Positions 38,713 to 47,476 of a DNA stretch of 64,000 nucleotides are shown piece after piece. Position numbers and translations under genes: made by a program. The stretch comes from a virus (taxonomy: Duplodnaviria > Caudoviricetes), in IMG/VR virus record IMGVR_UViG_3300028293_000005, positions 9,874 through 73,873 of that record; one strand, 5' to 3'. The notes under the pieces are model-generated. The model saw only the letters and a list, made by a program, of their open reading frames with translations, ran no database searches and was not told where the DNA came from. How positions within the stretch are numbered: position 1 is the stretch's first letter; every line of letters starts with the position of its first letter.

Positions 38713-39130
38713 CGGGGAAAAGGTCAGCGATTTTCCGCGGTTCCCGACGAACCGGGCCGTCCTCGCTCGTCATCCACAGGAACCTGCCGAAGGCGCCCGC
38801 AACGCAGTTCACGCAACCCAGTTCGGTTTTGCCGTCCACGCGGCACGCCCGAGTGCGTTGGTTGTCCATGTAATAAAGCCGGCCTTCCCATTTGAACAGA
38901 ACGGCAGCGTGATAGCCGCGGGCGCCGCCGTATTGCGACCAGCCGTAAATGATGCGGTGCGCCGGGATGCCCTGGGCGCGCAAGAACGCGGTGGCGGACG
39001 CGCTGAATGGGTCGCACTGGTCTGGCGTCATGTAGTTCGGGATTTGCTTGAACGACGGCAGGGGTGAGGCGAGCGCGGTCCAGGCGAACAGGAGGGAAGC
39101 CAGCCAGATTAAAACGAGGTGCTTTTTCAC
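38702..39130 (-). CDS. Secreted transglutaminase/papain-like protein
   Basis: Signal peptide; QCDPFS, YHAAV, YYMDN give a Cys-His-Asp order. Confidence 0.6.
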   Translation of the reverse strand: MKKHLVLIWLASLLFAWTALASPLPSFKQIPNYMTPDQCDPFSASATAFLRAQGIPAHRIIYGWSQYGGARGYHAAVLFKWEGRLYYMDNQRTRACRVDGKTELGCVNCVAGAFGRFLWMTSEDGPVRREPRKIADLFPDEN

Positions 39131-39405
39131 TCCGCATCCCTCCCGGCCACGAAGGCGAAGCGCAGGGTTGCATCGACGAGGTAGACGACCGTATCATCTG
39201 GGAAGTGGTAAAGGGCATCGCGGTCGAAAGACCACGCATTCACCCCGCACTCGAAATAATGGTCCTTGCGTCCGACGTCCAGGGCCGGGCGCCCGCACAG
39301 TTTCATAAACACGCGACCGTTGTCGGAAGTGGAAAAGGCCTGACCGACGTTCAAGTCGCCGAATTTGCTCTCAGCGTGAATTTTGTATTCTTGATATAAG
39401 TTCAT
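39127..39405 (-). CDS. Hypothetical protein
   Basis: ATG at 39405; coupled to next gene. Confidence 0.55.
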   Translation of the reverse strand: MNLYQEYKIHAESKFGDLNVGQAFSTSDNGRVFMKLCGRPALDVGRKDHYFECGVNAWSFDRDALYHFPDDTVVYLVDATLRFAFVAGRDAE

Positions 39406-39445
39406 TTGAATCGCGCGGGCCGTCCGTAGCCCGCGTAGTGTGGTC

Positions 39446-39820
39446 CTACTGTCCTTCAGACTCGCACTTAGACGTTTCGGCCGCTTCAGGGTATAACAAC
39501 CCGCCCGCGTCCGTGAGTGTGGCAGCCGCATCCACCAGCTGGCGGTGCAGGTCGTTCAGCTTGAAGTTCACGGTGCCGCCATTCAGCGGCAGCGCGTAGA
39601 ACCCCTCCGGGATGCTGATGGTTTTCTTCAACAAACCGATTGCCGCGCCCAGCTGTTCGGCGATGCGAACGAGGTCCTTGAACAGCTCCTCGCGCGCGAT
39701 GTTTTTGTCCTTCGTTGAGAAGCAACGAAAGGACTCGGCCAGCTGCGCCTGCAGCTCCGGTCCGAGGACCGCGGTGCGGGTGCCGATGTGGTGGAGTTCC
39801 TTGATGAACTGGTCGCTCAT
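39446..39820 (-). CDS. Hypothetical protein
   Basis: Tightly packed, GC3-rich codons. Confidence 0.6.
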   Translation of the reverse strand: MSDQFIKELHHIGTRTAVLGPELQAQLAESFRCFSTKDKNIAREELFKDLVRIAEQLGAAIGLLKKTISIPEGFYALPLNGGTVNFKLNDLHRQLVDAAATLTDAGGLLYPEAAETSKCESEGQ

Positions 39821-39821
39821 G

Positions 39822-40226
39822 TTAGTTATTGTGGTGGTTATGGGAACCAGCGTCGTTGACCGTGGTGGAGTTGTTGACGGGACCCGTGGTCACATTCACC
39901 GCGCCGCTTCCGCCGCCGGACTGTTCGACGTTGGTGTTCGAACGGGCCGGGCGAAGCAACGCCGCGCCGCCGGCAATGCCGCCAGCGTTGGCAACCGCGG
40001 GAACGAACCCGGGACCGCCGGTCTGGTTCAGCACGCCTTCGATGGTGCCGGGCTTCTTCGGGTCGAACACCACGATGGTCGTCGTGCTGGGCGCGAAAAC
40101 GCCGGCCGTCTTGATGCGGACGACCTTCAAACCGTTGATTTCACCGATGATTTTGGTGCCAGCCTTGGCAGGAGTAACCGACGCTAAAACCAGCGCCGCC
40201 AGCATGAGTGTAATGATTTGCTTCAT
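39822..40226 (-). CDS. Secreted/exported hypothetical protein
   Basis: Signal peptide MKQIITLMLAALVLASVTPAKA; first gene after a canonical promoter. Confidence 0.65.
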   Translation of the reverse strand: MKQIITLMLAALVLASVTPAKAGTKIIGEINGLKVVRIKTAGVFAPSTTTIVVFDPKKPGTIEGVLNQTGGPGFVPAVANAGGIAGGAALLRPARSNTNVEQSGGGSGAVNVTTGPVNNSTTVNDAGSHNHHNN

Positions 40227-40235
40227 TATGTCTGT

Positions 40236-40264
40236 AGGTTACGACAGGGGGTTTGTTCTGTCAA
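40236..40264 (-). promoter_or_regulatory. Canonical sigma-70 promoter TTGACA-N17-TAACCT
   Basis: Read on - strand; ATG 10 nt downstream. Confidence 0.7.
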
Positions 40265-40265
40265 A

Positions 40266-41534
40266 TTATATTCCCGGCAAAGCGTAGGGCCGCGTTTCGG
40301 TGACTTCGGCGAACTTCAGCGAAAGGCTATAGCTGGCGGTCTGCCCATATTTTGGGTGCATGAGGAAAAACGTTTGTGAGGGGTCCACGGGCGAGAAGCC
40401 CTCGGCCAGAGCGTAGCCGTCAATGCCGGGGAAGCCGCCGTTGACGATGAACTTGCCTTTGGCATGCGGCAGCACAATGTCCCGGTGCAGGTGACCACAC
40501 AGATAGTAGTCCGGAGCGCGTTGCCCGTGCTTGGTGAACAGCTGCGTGGTGCTGGAAATGTGCCGGCCCACCGCGTGGTTGGGAATGCCCAGCGCACGGT
40601 CACCGCCACGGAGCGTGTCGCCATGAAGCAACTGGAAGAGGAACCCCTGCACCTCGAACAGGGCCGAGGGCTGCCGGTCCAGGGTCCACTTCGCGTTCGT
40701 GATGCCGCTGGTCAGGGCTTCGGTGTAAGCCAGACAAAACATATCCAGGTTCGAGTAGCGGTTTTCCGTGGGCATGCGTTTCTGATTGGCGAACCGCGGA
40801 TGGTTGCCCACCGTTCCGACAATGCGCACCGATGGGAATACCGGCGCGACGTTCCGGATGAACTGACCGAACGCGTGGCCGGCCGCATAGCATTGTTCGA
40901 ACAGCGTCATCTTTTGCGCGGCTTCAGCTCCGTGGTTCAACGCGCCGTGGATAAGGTCACCGCCGAAACAGATTACCAGCTCGTCCACTTTCGTCGTGGT
41001 GTGTTTGGTGACAATGGACGTGATAGCGGTTTCCACGGTCTTGAGGCGCGCCAGGAAAACATCCAGGTCATACCCGCCAAACCCCAGGGTCTGGTCAGGC
41101 GTGATAACCTGCCCGACGTGCGTGTCGCTCAGCAACAGAACCGCAGACTGAGAGCAGTCGGACCCAACCTTTGACGGGATGACCGCGGGAAGCGGGCTAT
41201 ACGACACTGGCGCGATTTCTCGGGCCAGCTCCACCAGCTGTTCGGACACGGCCGCATGAGCCACGGCGCGTTCGTATTTCTTTTCGAGGACCTTGTATTC
41301 GCGCTTCCAAAACTCGTCCGACTTGCGTGCTTTGTCCTGCTCGAACGTGGTCGGCACAGCCGGCACGGCTGGCGGCAGCTGACGGCGATACTTCACGCTC
41401 TCCGGCGCAAAACGCTGGCGAGCGCGCCGGATGGCCGGTTCGCTGCAATGGAAAACACTTGCGAGATAAGCATCACTCTGACCTTTGCTGACGCCGTCGC
41501 GAAGGGCTTCGATTTCTAAGGCGGTCCAGTTCAC
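40266..41534 (-). CDS. Calcineurin-like metallophosphoesterase with N-terminal HTH
   Basis: LLSDTHVG, GGDLIHG, GNH, LLHGD, CGHLH. Confidence 0.85.
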   Translation of the reverse strand: MNWTALEIEALRDGVSKGQSDAYLASVFHCSEPAIRRARQRFAPESVKYRRQLPPAVPAVPTTFEQDKARKSDEFWKREYKVLEKKYERAVAHAAVSEQLVELAREIAPVSYSPLPAVIPSKVGSDCSQSAVLLLSDTHVGQVITPDQTLGFGGYDLDVFLARLKTVETAITSIVTKHTTTKVDELVICFGGDLIHGALNHGAEAAQKMTLFEQCYAAGHAFGQFIRNVAPVFPSVRIVGTVGNHPRFANQKRMPTENRYSNLDMFCLAYTEALTSGITNAKWTLDRQPSALFEVQGFLFQLLHGDTLRGGDRALGIPNHAVGRHISSTTQLFTKHGQRAPDYYLCGHLHRDIVLPHAKGKFIVNGGFPGIDGYALAEGFSPVDPSQTFFLMHPKYGQTASYSLSLKFAEVTETRPYALPGI

Positions 41535-42097
41535 TTTGATTTGTTCTTCTTTGGGTTGGGGGTCTCGTCTTGCTCGACTTCGACCCTAAATTGGTCGTTC
41601 GCCAGACGCTTAAATGCCAGATTGAAGTCGTGCAGGGCTGCCTCTGGCGTGTGGCCTCGCCCTACAAGGTGTCCCGACGCGATTGCCGGGTCGCCGTAAA
41701 TGGCGAGGAAAATTCCGCCGTGCTGGAAAATGGACGGCTTGAGTTGCGTGCTGGGGAGCAGGGCATTCTCCGCGACTTTTGTCTGCGCAGCCAACAGCCG
41801 CTGTTGTTTGGCCTGGGTCTTGACCAACGAGCTGTAGAGTTCATTCGTCTTGTCGAGGTTCCACCGGGACGCGTCCGCGAGCAGTTCATCGAGTCGCTTG
41901 CAAGCGTTGCAGAAGGTTACCGTCGCCGCGGCGAGCGCACCGCCGTCCAGCTCGGGGTGCGGGCTGGACGGGTCGAACTCCCGATGCGAGCCTAGCAGAT
42001 AGGCCTGCAATGCGTTCGTGATGTGCAGCAACGTGTGGACTTGTGCTGTGGCGACGGTCTCCCGGTTCGACACAAGCATAGGCGCGGAGTCATTCAT
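41531..42097 (-). CDS. Hypothetical protein with HicB-like C-terminal motif
   Basis: VGRGHTPEAALHDF; own phage-type promoter. Confidence 0.55.
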   Translation of the reverse strand: MNDSAPMLVSNRETVATAQVHTLLHITNALQAYLLGSHREFDPSSPHPELDGGALAAATVTFCNACKRLDELLADASRWNLDKTNELYSSLVKTQAKQQRLLAAQTKVAENALLPSTQLKPSIFQHGGIFLAIYGDPAIASGHLVGRGHTPEAALHDFNLAFKRLANDQFRVEVEQDETPNPKKNKSK

Positions 42098-42105
42098 CTA
42101 CTTAT

Positions 42106-42134
42106 ACCAGTGCAGGTTTTTCCCGAAATGTTAA
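42106..42134 (-). promoter_or_regulatory. Phage-type promoter TTAACA-N16-CACTGGT
   Basis: Exact 16-nt spacer; ATG at 42097. Confidence 0.75.
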
Positions 42135-42619
42135 GAGGAGAATTGTGCCTCGGCCCAGTGCAGCAGGTGCCACGCGTCGATGGCATTGTCGTCCAGCGGC
42201 GCTTGGTCTGGCCGGCACCCGGTCTTCTCGTAGTAAGCCAGGGCCATCGCGTCCTTGTCCGCGTTCCCGTGACCCGTGGCAAACTTTTTCAGCGTCTGAA
42301 CGGGGCAGCAGATTATCGGGGTTCCGGTGTCATACGCAAAAAGCCACAGGATGGCCCTGAAGCCGGACCAAAGGTGCGCCTGGGCCTGGGACCGGACGAA
42401 CTTCACGTCCTCGTATGCCAGCAGGTCGATGCCCGAACTGCCGTAAAAGTCGCGCAGCTCGTTACGCAAAAGAACGAGCCGCTGGTCGATGATGCAGCAA
42501 CTCGATTTTTTCTTCTGCGTGAAGTCCCAGGTGCCGGCCTTGACCGCGTGGCACGGGCCGATTGCAAGTTTGTTGGCCCAGCCGGTCTTCGTGCCCAAAT
42601 CTAAAGCTAAGATGTTCAT
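42131..42619 (-). CDS. RuvC-like Holliday junction resolvase
   Basis: ILALDLGTKTGWA, YEDV, LKKFATGHGNADK, DDNAIDA. Confidence 0.85.
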   Translation of the reverse strand: MNILALDLGTKTGWANKLAIGPCHAVKAGTWDFTQKKKSSCCIIDQRLVLLRNELRDFYGSSGIDLLAYEDVKFVRSQAQAHLWSGFRAILWLFAYDTGTPIICCPVQTLKKFATGHGNADKDAMALAYYEKTGCRPDQAPLDDNAIDAWHLLHWAEAQFSS

Positions 42620-43095
42620 GGAAAATTAAGAGCCGCGGCGCTACCAAAATACTTTTTTGCGGCCATGTCCCGGACGCGCGCCGCCTCCACAGGACAAGTG
42701 AAATGACCCAAAAATATCCCTTTCCGGCCCACCGCGATTTGCGCGATGAAGATTTTTCTGTGCGCAGAAAAGGTAACCCCCCGAAACCCCGACGTATTAT
42801 TTCTGTTGAGCCGAGAGCGGTTGGCCTGATTAAGGGCGGGAGTCAGAAACCGCAGGTTGAGCCGGCAGTTATTTAGACCATCCCCGTCCACATGGTCCAG
42901 GTGCAGGCCCTGGCGCTTGCCCATGACTTCGTGATGGAGATAGACCGCCGGGCCATCAGAGCGGCTCCGTCTTGCATATTTTCGTCCTCCCTTTGCCACC
43001 GTATACCATGTATAGCCGCGCACCCGTTCGAAGTCCGCGAAGTCCACCACGGTCACTTGACCGTGGGTTAACGGAATAAACACCACGCAGCTCAT
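42616..43095 (-). CDS. HNH-AP2 homing endonuclease
   Basis: LDHVDGDGLNNCRLNLR; NTSGFRGV..FLGHF..EAARVRD. Confidence 0.9.
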   Translation of the reverse strand: MSCVVFIPLTHGQVTVVDFADFERVRGYTWYTVAKGGRKYARRSRSDGPAVYLHHEVMGKRQGLHLDHVDGDGLNNCRLNLRFLTPALNQANRSRLNRNNTSGFRGVTFSAHRKIFIAQIAVGRKGIFLGHFTCPVEAARVRDMAAKKYFGSAAALNFP

Positions 43096-43099
43096 AAAA

Positions 43100-43873
43100 C
43101 TAAACCTCACCCCTTTCGTCCACGCCGGCCTTCTTGAACGCGCGACGCAACTTTTCGACTGCTCCATTATGAATTTGATGCACGCGCGCCCGCGTAATGC
43201 CGAGCGTGTCGCCGATTTCGCGGAGGTTCAGGTCCTGTTCGTAAAACATGCGCAAGACTTTCGCTTCCTTGGCGGTCAGCACGCGCTTGGACTGCTCCAG
43301 GCACCGCAGGATTAACTCCTTGCTGTCGCCTTCCACGTCCGGCTGCACCACGCCCTCGTCCTCGTCCAGCAACAAGAGCGTTTCCCCAGCTTCGTCGTCC
43401 GGGTAGTTCCCGTGGTAGTCCACGATATCCTTGGACCGCCACAGAGACTTGATTTCGGACTGAATGTAGGGCTTGGCGTAAGCCGCAAACCGGGTGCCGC
43501 GCTTGTGGTCGAATGCCTCAAAAGCCTTCATCAGGCCGAAGTTCGCCGCACTCACGACTTCGTTGTCCGGCAGCTTTCCGCGGACCAGCTTGCGCGCGTA
43601 GGTCATCGCGAACAGCAGGTGGTTCGTGATGATAAACTCGCGGGCGTCGTCGGCCTTTTGGCCGCGGCAGCCCTTTGCGGAGTTGAACAGTTGAGTTTCT
43701 TCCTCGGCGGTCAGAAGTTTGAATTTCAGGTCCGTCCCAGGTCCGTAGTAGTTGGTTGTGTCGTTCACGTTGAAATAGTGAGGGTGTAGCGGCATGCAGC
43801 TTCCAAACCGAGAAGAGAAGTCCTCCGTCTCTTTCGGTGTTGGAATTTCCACGCCCATGAAGGTGAAGTTCAT
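43100..43873 (-). CDS. Phage sigma-70-family sigma factor (regions 1.2, 2 and 4; region 3 reduced)
   Basis: LLTAEEETQL; NHLLFAMTYARK; GLMKAFEAFDHKRGTRFAAYA; LNLREIGDTLGITRARVHQI. Confidence 0.9.
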   Translation of the reverse strand: MNFTFMGVEIPTPKETEDFSSRFGSCMPLHPHYFNVNDTTNYYGPGTDLKFKLLTAEEETQLFNSAKGCRGQKADDAREFIITNHLLFAMTYARKLVRGKLPDNEVVSAANFGLMKAFEAFDHKRGTRFAAYAKPYIQSEIKSLWRSKDIVDYHGNYPDDEAGETLLLLDEDEGVVQPDVEGDSKELILRCLEQSKRVLTAKEAKVLRMFYEQDLNLREIGDTLGITRARVHQIHNGAVEKLRRAFKKAGVDERGEV

Positions 43874-46095
43874 TGCTTGGTGTATGGGTTGTCTTTGGTT
43901 TCCGCCACGGGTTTCGCTCCGTTCTTCGGATAACGTCGCCCGCGGCAAATTGTGAAAAGCCGGCGAAGGTCATTCCCCTGGACCTTGATGTCGAAACCCT
44001 TCATGGCTAAAACGGGCAGCATTTTGCCCAGCTGGTCCGCGCTGGTGCGGCCAATAGCTTCGCCCATGTTGCAGTCCGTCATCATCGATTTGAAAAGCTG
44101 ATAGGCGGTGCCTTCCCAGCAGTCGTGAGACGGATGCTTTTCGGTGAAGTAGATTCGCATCCATTCGTCCACCTGTTCGCCCATGCCGGCGGCTTGGGAC
44201 GACTGGTTCGCTTCGGTGATGACGGAGGGGTCGTGATAGACTTTCGGACCGTAGCGTTTTTCCGGCGTCAGCAACCGCTCCGGGATTTCGTAGTCCATGA
44301 GATATTTTGCGAAGTAGGGCAGCTCCCTCGCCAGCGTTTTGATGATGACCGGCCGCTCCGGGAAAATGAACCCATCGGTGCGGGTCGGGACGCAGCGAAA
44401 CAGGTTCAGCTTGTCCAGGTTTCCCATCCCGATTTCCGGGATGGCCCTGAGGCTGTCCGGGTCATCGTTGCACGAGGCCAAAATGCGACCGGCCCAGTCC
44501 ACCAGACTCGCGGCGCGGTATTTTTCGTTCGAGCGGAAGGCCTGATTCGCGCAGGCGCGCTTCAACATTTCCGTCATCAGCCGGTGCGTGCGTTGGTCAA
44601 GCCCCAGCGAATTATCATCTAATGCCCAAATGAACACCTGCCACAGCTCGCTATTAAAAGAGTCGCGTCCCATAATCCAGTCCTGGCACTCGGCGTATCC
44701 GTTAAACAGGGCTCCGATAATATAGCGCGTATTCAGAGTTTTGCCACAACAAGGTGGCCCAATGAAGTAAGAAACTGGACCGGGCTGCGGGTCGCGGTTG
44801 TAGGCGCAGCGATAGGCATACGCCGCGTAGGAGATAAAGGAGTCAAGCGCGTCGCCGCTGGTCAGCCAGCCGTCATAAAACTTCGCGATGAAGGGGAACT
44901 TGTCTCCCCACTTTTGTGTTCCGGGCGCTGGCGGCAGAACGTCGATGGTGTGCACGTTCAGGAACCGCTTTCCTTGATATGGCATGAGTCCTTTGGGATA
45001 GAAGGCAAAGCTGCCTGCCGAGGCAATTTGCCCATGGTTACGTATGTGAATGATTGCCTCGTCCAGGGGTGAGTAGTGACCGCCCTTTGGCCGGCGGTCC
45101 GAGATACCGCGCTCCACGCGCAAGTGGCGGGACAGGGAGTCCGTAGTGTCGAACATCCATTCCCCCTTGAGATTTTTGTAGATGAACTGGTGATTGTCGA
45201 AAAAGATTCCGTCCACCGCGGCGCCCATCTGTTTTGTCTGGAACTCCTTTACAAAGGGGACGCCGAAGAAGTCGGCCCAGGTCATGTATGCGTGATGCGA
45301 CGCGTGCGAGGCAAAAGAGCGGATGCCCTTGGTGTCGGCGATGGCGGATTTTTTACTCGTGGACTCCGGCTCCCAAAACGTCGGCCCCATGGAGTCAACC
45401 ACAAAGTCGCCTTCCCAGTCCGCGAAGCGTGGATACTTTTCCTTGAGCAGCGGCGCGACAATTTCGAGCGGGATTTCAACCAGCTCGGGACCCTGGAATG
45501 AAAACTTTTTCGAGCAGGCCATTTCCCAGCCGAGGACCAAGTCCGCCGGCACGGGCTCGTCGTGGATTTTCTCCCACCGGCAGCCGTTGGTATAATAGCG
45601 CGTGCAGGACTCCACCGCGCCCTCGTCGATGTTCGGCACCTGCCGATACGGTATCAGCTCGTGCAGCTTCCCAAGCAGGAACTTCGCATACTCAGCGCGG
45701 CCCAAAAAGTTGATGGGTCGCCCGAGTATCCACACCAGCCGGAAGTGACCGCTGAATGTGGTTTCAATGTAATTCGGCCGCAGCTTGCCCATCCGTTCGA
45801 GCGCGCCGTCCAGCTCTGCGCGCGTCAGCTTGCAGTCCACGTCGATGGGGACCACCTGACACTCGTGCGCGGGGTTTTCCTTGTTGATGCGCAGGTTCGG
45901 GTTCAAGCCTGCAATACCCGAATACATCTGGTGGACTGTGGCCGGGGTGTTCGCCCACTTGTCGCGCAGCTTTTTATCCGCGAAACAGTCCGGCGGAACC
46001 TTGGCGAGGTTGTCCGCCGGATATTCCCACGGCAGGCACTCCGTAATTTCGTGGCTACAAAGGTTCCGCAGCGCGAAGCACTTTATTTGATTCAT
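43870..46095 (-). CDS. Primase-helicase (primase-like N-terminus plus DUF5906/D5-like SF3 ATPase)
   Basis: IDVD and ETTFSGHFRLVW; Walker A GPPCCGKT; WALDD; EKYR. Confidence 0.75.
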   Translation of the reverse strand: MNQIKCFALRNLCSHEITECLPWEYPADNLAKVPPDCFADKKLRDKWANTPATVHQMYSGIAGLNPNLRINKENPAHECQVVPIDVDCKLTRAELDGALERMGKLRPNYIETTFSGHFRLVWILGRPINFLGRAEYAKFLLGKLHELIPYRQVPNIDEGAVESCTRYYTNGCRWEKIHDEPVPADLVLGWEMACSKKFSFQGPELVEIPLEIVAPLLKEKYPRFADWEGDFVVDSMGPTFWEPESTSKKSAIADTKGIRSFASHASHHAYMTWADFFGVPFVKEFQTKQMGAAVDGIFFDNHQFIYKNLKGEWMFDTTDSLSRHLRVERGISDRRPKGGHYSPLDEAIIHIRNHGQIASAGSFAFYPKGLMPYQGKRFLNVHTIDVLPPAPGTQKWGDKFPFIAKFYDGWLTSGDALDSFISYAAYAYRCAYNRDPQPGPVSYFIGPPCCGKTLNTRYIIGALFNGYAECQDWIMGRDSFNSELWQVFIWALDDNSLGLDQRTHRLMTEMLKRACANQAFRSNEKYRAASLVDWAGRILASCNDDPDSLRAIPEIGMGNLDKLNLFRCVPTRTDGFIFPERPVIIKTLARELPYFAKYLMDYEIPERLLTPEKRYGPKVYHDPSVITEANQSSQAAGMGEQVDEWMRIYFTEKHPSHDCWEGTAYQLFKSMMTDCNMGEAIGRTSADQLGKMLPVLAMKGFDIKVQGNDLRRLFTICRGRRYPKNGAKPVAETKDNPYTKQ

Positions 46096-46553
46096 CGAAA
46101 ATTCCTTTGGGCGAAGTCGCCAAAGAGCCGCTGGCTTGCTTCGTTGTAGGCTTGCTGCGCGTCGGCCTTGTTGTTAAACAGTCCGAGATAAACACCTTTT
46201 TGATTGTGCACCAACCGGGCCATCCACTTTTTCGCTGCCTTGTGCCAGTAAACCCCGCGGGACCCCCGCTGCACGCAGTCATGTCGATAGCCCATTTGAT
46301 TCTGCGCGCGTGTAGCCACGCGCAGATTGTCACGCTGGTTGTTCAATCCATTGCCGTCCTTGTGGTCTACTTGTTCTCCGGGACCCGCTGAGACGAGAAG
46401 TCGGTGCATGTAGACATACTTCTTTCCTTCATATCGCGCCGCGTGAAAGGTGTGCTTTCGCTTTTGTGCGGTCCACCTGAATTTCGACAACGCTTCAAAG
46501 TCGCCATCATCCAAGAGAACTTGTTGACCGCCGGAGATGGGAAGAATTTTCAT
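46092..46553 (-). CDS. HNH-AP2 homing endonuclease
   Basis: VDHKDGNGLNNQRDNLR; RGVYWHK..YLGLF..AQQAYN. Confidence 0.9.
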   Translation of the reverse strand: MKILPISGGQQVLLDDGDFEALSKFRWTAQKRKHTFHAARYEGKKYVYMHRLLVSAGPGEQVDHKDGNGLNNQRDNLRVATRAQNQMGYRHDCVQRGSRGVYWHKAAKKWMARLVHNQKGVYLGLFNNKADAQQAYNEASQRLFGDFAQRNFR

Positions 46554-47476
46554 TTTTCGTAACAGGGAACTTCTTTGGCTTCCGCCGTAACAGGACACCC
46601 AGCCAGCCACGGGGGAGTAATGGACATGATATTCTGAACATCCCGAGCTGAAATGTGAGACGCACATTCACAGACGACTTCGTCGTGTATCGACCAAAGG
46701 ACGTGTATACCCGGAGTTTCATGTAATTTCAAAAGGTGAAAAGCAAAAACATCGCGTGCGGTCGCCTGCACGAGGTTTTCTGTAAGCAGCCCGCCATACA
46801 GGGTGGACCGCATGCCGCCGACGTCGGCGGTGAAACACAGCTTGCGCTTGAACCCGAGCGGCGTGTCGTCGCCGGGACGTCGCGCGCTGATGTTGGAGTC
46901 GTCATCGGTCACCGGCACCAACTTCCATTCGGACCGGACGTCCTTATACGTCATCACTCGGCCCGAAGGCAATTGCAGTTTGAAGTCGCCGCCCACCGCA
47001 CTCTTGAAGTCCTCGTCCAGGCGGCGCCAGAGGCCAGTCACGCCGGGGTTGCTGTCCCGATAGTCCTTGACGATGCGCCGGGAGTTTTGACCGTAGCCCG
47101 AAACCATTTTCTGAGTGCCGTCCGCGTTGATGACGGGGTCCCCGTCGCGCGTCAGCGCGGGTTCCCATTCGGGGTCCCCCGCGGTGATATCCAGGCCAGC
47201 CATGGACTGCGCCATGGTGATGAACTTGCGCCAGCCGGCGCCGTAACCCAGCCCGAGAATACGAACCTTGGCCAGGGCGTATTTGATGGGGTCCTCCTTT
47301 TTCAGGTCACCCTTCACCCATCGAGGGCTGCCAGGATTCCAATCCATGGACGCCTTGGCGTGCGCGACGTATGGCGAGTCACCCGCGGCCATGGCTGCTA
47401 GGGCCACCTTGTCTTTGACCAGCCATGCGAGAACGCGGGGTTCAATTTGCGAGAGGTCGGAAACTATCATCTTCAT
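46550..47476 (-). CDS. polA: DNA polymerase family A, C-terminal (polymerase) half
   Basis: Motif A VSDLSQIEPRVLAWL, motif B AKVRILGLGYGAG, ENLVQATARD, motif C IHDEVV. Confidence 0.9.
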   Translation of the reverse strand: MKMIVSDLSQIEPRVLAWLVKDKVALAAMAAGDSPYVAHAKASMDWNPGSPRWVKGDLKKEDPIKYALAKVRILGLGYGAGWRKFITMAQSMAGLDITAGDPEWEPALTRDGDPVINADGTQKMVSGYGQNSRRIVKDYRDSNPGVTGLWRRLDEDFKSAVGGDFKLQLPSGRVMTYKDVRSEWKLVPVTDDDSNISARRPGDDTPLGFKRKLCFTADVGGMRSTLYGGLLTENLVQATARDVFAFHLLKLHETPGIHVLWSIHDEVVCECASHISARDVQNIMSITPPWLAGCPVTAEAKEVPCYEK

